In this document: one piece after another, positions 33,993-41,347 of the stretch
How positions within the stretch are numbered: the first letter of the stretch is position 1
How the letters are laid out: each line of letters begins with the position of its first letter
DNA from: an uncultured Thermoleophilia bacterium
Lineage (GTDB): Bacteria > Actinomycetota > Thermoleophilia > UBA2241
Direction of reading: 5' to 3'
DNA: 64,000 nt
NCBI GenBank assembly: GCA_963699725.1
Contig: CAVOVA010000001.1
Location: 5,836-69,835, forward strand
Made by a program: the position numbers and the translations under genes
Notes under the pieces: generated by a model
Seen by the model: only the letters and a program-made list of their open reading frames with translations
Databases searched by the model: none
What the model was told of the DNA's origin: nothing

Positions 33993-34868
33993 TCATTCGC
34001 CCGGCGGCGGCAGGAAGCCGTAGTCGGTGAGCACCGCCCGGCCCTCGCGGGAGAGCACGAAGTCGACGAACTCGCGTGCCAGGGTCCGGTTGCCGCCTCC
34101 GGTGACCGTCGCGATGGGATAGGCGGCGACCACGTTCTCCGGTCGGGGGATCGCGACGGCGGCGATGTCGCCGCCGGCTGCCGTGACGTCGGTCACGTAC
34201 ACGAGGCCGGCGTCGGCCTCGCCGAGCGCGATCTTGGTGACCACGCCCTTGACCGAGACCTCCAGGGAGACCGGGCTCACGCTGACGCCGGCCCGGTCGA
34301 GGATCTCGCGACCGTACTTGCCGGCCGGCACCTCGGGAGCCGCGAGTACCACCTTGAGATCCGAGCGGCTCAGGTCCGACAGCTCGTCGATGCTCTCGGG
34401 ATTCCCCGGCGCCACGGCGATGGCGAGCTGGTTGCCGGCGAACGCTCTCGGATCGTCCACGAGGTCGCCGGCTTGGTCCATGTTCACGGTGTCGGCGGAC
34501 GCGAAGACGTCGGCCGGCGCGCCCTGCCGGATCTGGGCGACGAGGTCGTTGCTGCCCGCGAAGTTGAGCGCTACGTCGACTCCGGGATGAGCGGCGATGA
34601 ACGCGTCACCGAGCTGCGCGAAGGCCTCGGTGAGCGAGGCCGCGGCGAAGACGTTGACGGTCGCCGTCGAGTGCGCGTCTCCGGCGCCGGCCTCGCCGCC
34701 GCATGCGGACGCCGTGAGAAGCACGACGGCGAGCAGGGAGACCAGGATGCCTGCCGGGCGCCCGCGCGTGACGCCGCGGGATACGCGAGCGCTGCGGATC
34801 GCCGGGCGATCGGCGTCACGCGGCGCGGTCACGGCGGTGCGACCACGCCGAGCCGGACAGGCAGCCAC
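33993..34868 (-). CDS. modA: Molybdate-binding periplasmic lipoprotein
   Basis: Part of ORF 33993-35036. LLTASAC lipobox, FAGSNDLVAQI and GEADAGLVYVTD blocks. Start placed at GTG 34868 after AAAGGAG; ATG 34958 is an alternative. Confidence 0.8.
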   Translation of the reverse strand: MAACPARRGRTAVTAPRDADRPAIRSARVSRGVTRGRPAGILVSLLAVVLLTASACGGEAGAGDAHSTATVNVFAAASLTEAFAQLGDAFIAAHPGVDVALNFAGSNDLVAQIRQGAPADVFASADTVNMDQAGDLVDDPRAFAGNQLAIAVAPGNPESIDELSDLSRSDLKVVLAAPEVPAGKYGREILDRAGVSVSPVSLEVSVKGVVTKIALGEADAGLVYVTDVTAAGGDIAAVAIPRPENVVAAYPIATVTGGGNRTLAREFVDFVLSREGRAVLTDYGFLPPPGE

Positions 34869-34871
34869 GTC

Positions 34872-35015
34872 CTTCGCTCCTTTCCAAGCACGGGGAGGTC
34901 CGGGCGTTTCCGCCGCGGGCCCACGACAGCGGCGATCGCTGCCCCATGGTCTATCCATGGTACGGCCCGGCGCCCCTAGCGGATGCCGTAGGGCGGAGGG
35001 CTTGGAGTCGGACTG
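34872..35015 (-). promoter_or_regulatory. Candidate Moco (molybdenum cofactor) riboswitch in the modA leader
   Basis: The minus strand reads GACTCCAAGCC (compare the conserved CUCCGAGCC), then hairpins CGCCC..GGGGCG and CCATGG-ATAGA-CCATGG, then a GGCG-GAAA-CGCC tetraloop, then CCTCCCC..GGAAAGGAGCG holding the RBS. The consensus is recalled, not computed. Confidence 0.4.
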
Positions 35016-35102
35016 CGCGAAGCGTAGCACGGCCATCAGAACCGAGGCCAGTCCAATGCGGGCGGGCGGCGCGCGGACCGCGTTGCCCGCCGCCGGTCGG
35101 AT

Positions 35103-36239
35103 CTACTTCACGTCCGGGTTCGGCAGCATGAACTCGCGGACCACCGCCACCAGATCGTGATACGAGGTGATGAAGCCGCGCAGCGTGCGCGCCGTCGCGC
35201 CGTAGGAGTCGAACTCCGCGGGAGTCATCCCGTCCGCGTCGTAGGCGCGTCTGAAATCGGGGAAACGGTCGTAGAGCTCCTTCACCATCTCCGCCGGGAC
35301 GGGGTCGTCCATGCGCGGCACGACCGCGATGTCGGATTCGTTGAAGAGGCGCTGCCAGCTGTAGGGGATCGTCAGCACGACGTCGCCGCCGATGAGCTCT
35401 GACCAGTGCAGATGATGACGGTACGCGGCGGCGAGCAGGCGCGTACGGTAGCCGCGCTCGCGCGCGATGGCGTAGGCCTTCTTCATGCAGGCGAGGCCGG
35501 CCCACGGCACGCAGCCGGGGTCGGCGACCACGCCGTCGCGCTTCATCAGGACCTGCATCCAGTCGTCGAGACGGCCGACCATCAGGGTGCAGACGGGAGT
35601 CATGGACGAGACGTCCTCGCCGGCGGCCTCACGCCGCTGCAGGCCGCGCTCGACCGCTTCGGCGACGGCGAGCGCCTGCGGAACCGTGAAGCAGACCGTG
35701 GCGTTGATGTTGACGCCGGCCGCCGTCACCGTCTCGATCGCCCGCACGCCCGCCTCGGTCACAGGGATCTTCACCTGCATGTTGGGGGCGAGGGCGCCGA
35801 ATCGTAGGGCCTGTTCCGCGATGCGCGCGGCGTCGCGATACAGCCTCGGGTCCGTCTGGATGGAGAGCCGCCCCTTCTTGCCGCCCTCGCGCTCGAATAC
35901 GGGGAGCAGGAGCTCGGCCCCGCGCATCGCCATCTCCTCGATCAGCTGCCAGGTGATCTCGTCTTCGGACCAGGTCGAGTTCTGCTCGACGATCTCCGCG
36001 ATGCGTTCGCGCCAGAGGTGCATCTCCTTCTTCAGCACATCGCCGACGATCGTCGGGTTCGTCGTGGCTCCGACTGCTCCGCGCTCGATCGCGTAGGTGA
36101 GCTCCTCGACGGAACAGGAATCGTTCCAGTAGTCGGTCGCCGTCGTCGCGGTCGTCTGGTACAGACGGGCGTCGCGGGCGGTCGCCGGCGCGTCGTCCGG
36201 CGTGCCGGCCGGTGAGGATAGTGGGGGTGCGGCGGACAT
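35103..36239 (-). CDS. tal: Transaldolase (long form)
   Basis: 378 aa. GATTNPTIV, RLSIQTDP and KIPVT blocks. Confidence 0.85.
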   Translation of the reverse strand: MSAAPPLSSPAGTPDDAPATARDARLYQTTATTATDYWNDSCSVEELTYAIERGAVGATTNPTIVGDVLKKEMHLWRERIAEIVEQNSTWSEDEITWQLIEEMAMRGAELLLPVFEREGGKKGRLSIQTDPRLYRDAARIAEQALRFGALAPNMQVKIPVTEAGVRAIETVTAAGVNINATVCFTVPQALAVAEAVERGLQRREAAGEDVSSMTPVCTLMVGRLDDWMQVLMKRDGVVADPGCVPWAGLACMKKAYAIARERGYRTRLLAAAYRHHLHWSELIGGDVVLTIPYSWQRLFNESDIAVVPRMDDPVPAEMVKELYDRFPDFRRAYDADGMTPAEFDSYGATARTLRGFITSYHDLVAVVREFMLPNPDVK

Positions 36240-36280
36240 ATGGTCTCCTCGGGACTTGCTCCTGATGACTCGTGCGCCGG

Positions 36281-36309
36281 ATTGTAGTCCTATTCCGTAG
36301 CGCGGTCGA
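36281..36309 (-). promoter_or_regulatory. Candidate tal promoter (-35 TCGACC, 17-nt spacer, -10 TACAAT)
   Basis: Read on the minus strand about 45 nt upstream of the tal ATG. Confidence 0.3.
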
Positions 36310-36368
36310 GGGCGTTCCGTCTTGCGGAACGACCCGGCGATCGCCGGCGCCGGCGGCAGGCCGCCGTG

Positions 36369-37490
36369 TCAGGGGCGCCGGCGACCCAGCCCGAGCGTCT
36401 CTACGAGGCAGGCGGCGACGCCGGCGGCGTCATCGAGCGCGAAGCGGCGACGGTGGGGAAGATCGGTGTCGGTCACGACCGCGAGCAGTTCCTCGGGCGA
36501 ATACTTCGTCTCCGCGTACCCCGCAGCGCCGCGCACGACCTCGATCACGTGCGTCGTCTCGTGCCGATAGCCTTCGCAGACGACGATGTCGTAGCCGGAG
36601 AAGTACCGCTCGGCGAGCTCGGCCAGGGTCGTGGTCTCCCGCTGCGTGGTCACGAAGGCGAACTGCGCCGGCGAACCCACCGCGTAGGCCTCCGCGCCGG
36701 CCTGACCGTGACGCCAGGAGTCCTTGCCGGGGGTGTCGATGTCGAAGTGGGCGACGCTCTTGATCGCCCCCACCGTGTAGCCGAGACCGACGAGCTCGGG
36801 GATCAAGCGCTCGATCAACGTCGTCTTGCCGCTGTTCGGCCGCCCGACGACGCCGATCACGACCGGCGGCCCGGGTTCGGCGGTCTCCACGGCGGCACGC
36901 TGGCGGCGGCGAGCCTCCTCCCAATCGTCCGGGGAGTTCACGTTGAAGAACGGCTCTGCGCGCGAGAAGGGCACGGTCCGCACGCGCACCTCAGGCAGCA
37001 GGTCCAGGAGGCTGTGCGCGCCCCGGTCGAGAAGGCTCTTCAGGTGCGGCGCGCAGGCTGGGCCGTACACGGCGTGCAGGGGCTCCAGGTGGTCGCCGAC
37101 GATCGGCAACGCCACATCCACGCCGTCGAAGGCCGCGACGACGCGCTCGACGGTCGCGCGCTCGGGGAACGCCACGTCGGCGGCGAGAGTGAAGATGGGT
37201 TCGTGGTAGCGGGCCAGGAGGGAAGCGAGCCCCGCAAGCGGCGAGCCCGTCACCACGTCGGTCACGGTCTCCACACCGGCGGGCAGTGACGCCGGGATCT
37301 GGGCGGCGTCACGCACCGAGAGCGCGACCGTCGGGAAGAGGTCGCCGAGAAAGACCAGATTGCGCTCCAGAAGTGTGGTCCCGGCGAGACGCAGCAGACG
37401 CTTGTCGCGCCCCATACGCCTTGCCTCGCCACCGGCGAGGAGGGCGCCGACGCGGATACGTCGCGGGGTTCTCGAGAGGTCGATGGTCAC
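36369..37490 (-). CDS. Fused MobA (molybdenum cofactor guanylyltransferase) - MobB (MGD biosynthesis adapter, P-loop)
   Basis: N-terminal LLAGGEARRMGRDK MobA motif. C-terminal half has VVGRPNSGKTTLIERL, the MobB P-loop. Single 373-aa ORF from GTG 37490. Confidence 0.8.
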   Translation of the reverse strand: MTIDLSRTPRRIRVGALLAGGEARRMGRDKRLLRLAGTTLLERNLVFLGDLFPTVALSVRDAAQIPASLPAGVETVTDVVTGSPLAGLASLLARYHEPIFTLAADVAFPERATVERVVAAFDGVDVALPIVGDHLEPLHAVYGPACAPHLKSLLDRGAHSLLDLLPEVRVRTVPFSRAEPFFNVNSPDDWEEARRRQRAAVETAEPGPPVVIGVVGRPNSGKTTLIERLIPELVGLGYTVGAIKSVAHFDIDTPGKDSWRHGQAGAEAYAVGSPAQFAFVTTQRETTTLAELAERYFSGYDIVVCEGYRHETTHVIEVVRGAAGYAETKYSPEELLAVVTDTDLPHRRRFALDDAAGVAACLVETLGLGRRRP

Positions 37491-37559
37491 GATCCGTCAG
37501 TGTAGCTCAAGCGCCCGCGCACGCGCCGCCGGCGCCTCCCGCGGCAACAGCTGGAGCGG

Positions 37560-37616
37560 TTGACACGAACACGCGCCACGGTAGGATTTCCGTGATGCGG
37601 GCAGAGGCATCCGCAT
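37560..37616 (+). promoter_or_regulatory. Candidate promoter (-35 TTGACA, 16-nt spacer, -10 TAGGAT) plus palindrome ATGCGG-N10-CCGCAT
   Basis: TTGACACGAACACGCGCCACGGTAGGATTTCCGTGATGCGGGCAGAGGCATCCGCAT. Same layout as 6866-6925 on the other strand. Confidence 0.45.
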
Positions 37617-37694
37617 CGTGGATGCTACCGCGCCCGCCCGCGCCGGACGGGCTCGGGTCCGCCAATCCCCAGCCGTGAGCGGAGGTCGGAGAGT

Positions 37695-40298
37695 ATGGGT
37701 CACACGGAGAGGCTCACCAACTGCACCACAGGCGGACCCGTCTTCGTGGATGTGGAAGACGGCCGGATCGTGCGCATGACGCCGATCGACCTCGCCGACG
37801 ACGACAAGGGCGACTGGGTCATCGAGGCGCGGGGTCGCAGGTTCACCCCGCCGCGCCGCACCACGCTCTCGCCGCATGCCCAGGCGCAGCGCTCGATGGT
37901 GTACTCGCCGAAGCGCATCCTCACACCGCTCAAGCGTGTTGACTGGGATCCCGACGGCGAGCGCAACATCCAGAACCGCGGCGTCTCCGGGTACGAGGCG
38001 ATCAGCTGGGACGAGGCGCTCGACCTTGTGACCACGGAGATGATCCGCGAGAAGCGCGAGCACGGTCCCGGCTCCATTCTCACCACGTGCAGCTCGCACC
38101 ATCTGTGGGGCAATATCGGCTACCGCCACAGCGCCTACTACCGCTTCCTCAACCTGATGGGCATGGTCCACTCGGCGCACAATCCCGACAGCTGGGAGGG
38201 CTGGCACTGGGGCGCCATGCCGATGTGGGGCAACAGCCACCGGCTCGGCATCCCGGAGCAGTACGACCTGCTCGAGGACGCGCTCAAGCACACCGAGATG
38301 GTCGTCTTCTGGTCTTCCGATCCTGAGACCACCGGCGGCGGCATCTACTCCGCCTTCGAGAGCACCTCACGCCGCTACTGGATGAAGGAGCTCGGGATCA
38401 AGATGGTGTTCGTCGATCCCTACTTCAACCCGACCGCCGAGCTGTTCTCGGACAAATGGTTCGCGCCGCGGCTCGGCACCGACGTCGCCTTCGGACTCGC
38501 CATCGCGCACACGTGGCTGGCCGAGGGCACCTACGACAAGGAGTACGTCGCCGAGCGCACGTCGGGCTTCGACGAGTGGAGCGACTACGTCCTCGGCAAG
38601 TCCGACAACGTGCCCAAGACGCCGGAGTGGGCGGAGGGCGAGTGCGGCGTCCCCGCCCGCCAGATCCGCGCCCTGGCTCGCGAGTGGGGCGCCAAGAAGA
38701 CGATGCTCGCCGCCGGCGGCCTCGGCGGCTGGGGCGGCGCCTGCCGATCGGCGACCGGCAACGAGTGGGCCCGGACGATGATCGCCCTGGCGGCGATGCA
38801 GGGCTACGGCAAGCCGGGCGTCAACATCTGGGGCACCTCGCAGGGCGCCCCGTCCGACTGCTCGTTCGTGTTCCCCGGCTACGCCGAAGGCGGCATCTCC
38901 GGCGATCCCGAGAAGACGGCGGCGGCCTACCGCTTCCTGTACCGCATGTTCCCGCACAGCTCGGGCCGGAAGCCGACGGTGAACGTCCACGACTCCACCG
39001 AGGGTCAGGCCATCCCTCGGCTGCGCATCCCCGAGGCGATGATGCACGAGCGCTTCGAGTGGCGCGGCAAGGGTTTCTCGGGCTCTTCGATCCAGAGCCA
39101 GATGCAGAAGTACCAGTACCCGGCGCCGGGCTACCCGTTCGTCACCATGTACTGGCGGTACGGTGGCTCGTTCTTCGGCACCATGCAGCAGACGAACCGC
39201 TACGTGAAGGCGTATCGCGAGGGTGGAGTGCGCACCGTGGTCAACCAGTCGATCTGGATGGAGGGCGAGGCCAAGTACGCCGACATCGTGTTGCCGGCCT
39301 GCACCAACTTCGAGCGCTGGGACATGAGCGAGTTCGGCAACTGCTCGGGCTACATCCCGGACAACCACAACCAGACCAACCACCGCGTGATCGTCCTCCA
39401 GAAGAAGTGCGTCGAGCCGCTCGGCGAGAGCAAATCCGACTACGACATCTTCGCGGCCGTCGCCGGGCGCATGGGCATGGGCGATGTCTTCACCGAGGGC
39501 GGCATGGACGAGTACGACTGGTGCAAGGCCTACTTCCACGCCACCGACCTCCCCAAGGGCATCACCTGGGAGGAGTTCGAGAAGAAGGGCTACTACGTCG
39601 TGCCGATCCCCGAAGACTACAAGTCGACGCCGGCGATGCGCTGGTTCGCCGAGGGGCGCAAGCGCGACACGCCCGACTGGGGTCCGCGACCCGGCGACAC
39701 GGTCGGCTTCGAGGGGCTGCAGACGGCGTCCGGCAAGATCGAGTTCGTGAGCTCGGCGATCAAGCGCCTGGAGATGGACGTGGTCGACCCCGAGCGCCCG
39801 GCCATGGGCCCGCAGTTCATCCCGAGCTGGGAAGGCCACCACACGACGGAGCTCTACGAGAAGTACCCGCTGCAGATGGTCAGCCCGCACCCGCGCTTCA
39901 GCTTCCACACCATGGGTGACTCCAAGGAGAGCTGGCTGAACGAGGTCGACGAGCATCGCATCCTCCACGACGACGGGCACTACTACTGGGTCATGCGCCT
40001 GAACAGCAAGGACGCGGAGGCGCGGGGGATCGCCGAGGGCGATCTGATCCGCGCCTTCAACGACCGCGGCGCCGTGATCCTCTCGGCGCAGCTCACCGAG
40101 CGTGTGGCGCCGGGGACCGTGCACTCCTACGAGAGCTGCGCCGAGTACACGCCGCTCGGCGAACCCGGTGACTCCCCCGACATCGCGGGCTGCGTCAACA
40201 TCCTCACCAACAAGCGCTACATCACGCCGACCTCGACGGCGATGTCCAACAACTCGTGTCTGATCCAGGTCGAGAAGTGGGAGGGGGAGGCCCGATGA
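37695..40298 (+). CDS. athL: Pyrogallol-phloroglucinol transhydroxylase large (Mo-bisMGD) subunit homolog
   Basis: 867 aa. No TAT signal and no N-terminal Fe-S motif. LTNCTTGGPVFVDVEDGRIVRMTPID, CSSHHLWGNIGYRHS, NPDSWEGWHWG, LPACTNFERWD and SPHPRFSFHTMGD match Pelobacter acidigallici AthL (875 aa) as I recall it. Confidence 0.85.
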   Translation: MGHTERLTNCTTGGPVFVDVEDGRIVRMTPIDLADDDKGDWVIEARGRRFTPPRRTTLSPHAQAQRSMVYSPKRILTPLKRVDWDPDGERNIQNRGVSGYEAISWDEALDLVTTEMIREKREHGPGSILTTCSSHHLWGNIGYRHSAYYRFLNLMGMVHSAHNPDSWEGWHWGAMPMWGNSHRLGIPEQYDLLEDALKHTEMVVFWSSDPETTGGGIYSAFESTSRRYWMKELGIKMVFVDPYFNPTAELFSDKWFAPRLGTDVAFGLAIAHTWLAEGTYDKEYVAERTSGFDEWSDYVLGKSDNVPKTPEWAEGECGVPARQIRALAREWGAKKTMLAAGGLGGWGGACRSATGNEWARTMIALAAMQGYGKPGVNIWGTSQGAPSDCSFVFPGYAEGGISGDPEKTAAAYRFLYRMFPHSSGRKPTVNVHDSTEGQAIPRLRIPEAMMHERFEWRGKGFSGSSIQSQMQKYQYPAPGYPFVTMYWRYGGSFFGTMQQTNRYVKAYREGGVRTVVNQSIWMEGEAKYADIVLPACTNFERWDMSEFGNCSGYIPDNHNQTNHRVIVLQKKCVEPLGESKSDYDIFAAVAGRMGMGDVFTEGGMDEYDWCKAYFHATDLPKGITWEEFEKKGYYVVPIPEDYKSTPAMRWFAEGRKRDTPDWGPRPGDTVGFEGLQTASGKIEFVSSAIKRLEMDVVDPERPAMGPQFIPSWEGHHTTELYEKYPLQMVSPHPRFSFHTMGDSKESWLNEVDEHRILHDDGHYYWVMRLNSKDAEARGIAEGDLIRAFNDRGAVILSAQLTERVAPGTVHSYESCAEYTPLGEPGDSPDIAGCVNILTNKRYITPTSTAMSNNSCLIQVEKWEGEAR

Positions 40299-41128
40299 AG
40301 AAATGGCACATGGTCATCGACGTGGCGCGCTGCCACGACTGCAACGACTGCTTCCTCGCCGACAAGGACGAGTTCGTCGACAACGAGTTCCCGCCGTATT
40401 CGGCGGCGCAGCCGTGGCACGGCCACCGCTGGATGAACATCAAGCGCAAGGAGCGCGGCCAGTACCCCCTGGTGCAGACCGCGTACCTGCCGATGCCGTG
40501 CATGCACTGCGACGAGGCTCCCTGTCTCACCGCCGACGGCGCCGTCTACCGGCGCGAGGACGGGATCGTGATCATCGACCCGGTGAAGGCCAAGGGCCGC
40601 AAGGAGATCGTCGCCAGCTGCCCGTACTCGGCCATCTACTGGAACGAGGAGAAGGAGCTGGCGCAGAAGTGCACCGGCTGCGCCCACCTGCTCGACGACG
40701 GCTGGACCGAGACGCGCTGCAGCCAGGTCTGTCCGACCGAGGCGATCAAGCTGGTGATGGCCGAGGAAACGGAGATCGAAGCCCTGGTGGCGGCGGAGGG
40801 TCTCGAACGCTACCGCGACGCGCTCGGCGCCAGGCCGCGCGTGTACTACAAGAACCTGCACCGCTGGGAGAAGGCGTTCGTCGGAGCCAGCGTCGTGTTC
40901 GGCGACACCGACGAGTGCGCCGAGGGGGCGGCCGTCACCGTCATGCGCGACGGCGCCGTCGTCGGTGAGGGCACGACCGATCTCTTCGGCGAGGTGGCCG
41001 TGGATCACCTCGAGCCCGGCCACGAGTATGTCGTGCGCATCGCCGCGGACGGCTACCAGCCGATCGAGCTGACCGTCCAGATTGACGCCAGCCTCAACGC
41101 CGGGACGGTGTTCCTGGAGAAGGCCTAG
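40295..41128 (+). CDS. bthL: Transhydroxylase small (Fe-S) subunit homolog with C-terminal beta-barrel domain
   Basis: 277 aa, against 274 aa for BthL. ATGA overlap with the alpha stop. Cys groups CHDCNDC, CMHCDEAPC, SCP and CTGCAHLLDDGWTETRCSQVCP, plus a ~95-aa C-terminal domain. Confidence 0.85.
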   Translation: MKKWHMVIDVARCHDCNDCFLADKDEFVDNEFPPYSAAQPWHGHRWMNIKRKERGQYPLVQTAYLPMPCMHCDEAPCLTADGAVYRREDGIVIIDPVKAKGRKEIVASCPYSAIYWNEEKELAQKCTGCAHLLDDGWTETRCSQVCPTEAIKLVMAEETEIEALVAAEGLERYRDALGARPRVYYKNLHRWEKAFVGASVVFGDTDECAEGAAVTVMRDGAVVGEGTTDLFGEVAVDHLEPGHEYVVRIAADGYQPIELTVQIDASLNAGTVFLEKA

Positions 41129-41347
41129 AGAGAGCGGCCGGCGCCGGCCGCTGGAGCGGCGCCGGCCTTGCGTCGCCGCGGCCTTCCGGAGAGCCGACCC
41201 CCCGGCTGCAGCTGCTCCGGCGCCGCGGCGCACGTTCGGCGCGCGCATCGGCTCTTGCATCGTGGCCCGGCATGCGGCACACTGAGCGGCATTCTCAGCA
41301 TGCGATACCGAGATACCATTCCCTTCGGGCGAGAAAGGGAGACACTC

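Noticed and set aside
35058-35094. GC-rich imperfect hairpin just after the tal stop, considered as a terminator.
   Set aside because: The stem has an internal 2-nt mismatch and no U-tract. It is too weak to list as a feature.
41133-41152. Perfect GC-rich palindrome AGCGGCCGGC/GCCGGCCGCT, considered together with 53368-53387 as possible REP-like or CRISPR repeats.
   Set aside because: Each is a single copy, the two sequences differ, and there is no spacer periodicity. Most likely they are weak terminators or just GC-rich palindromes.
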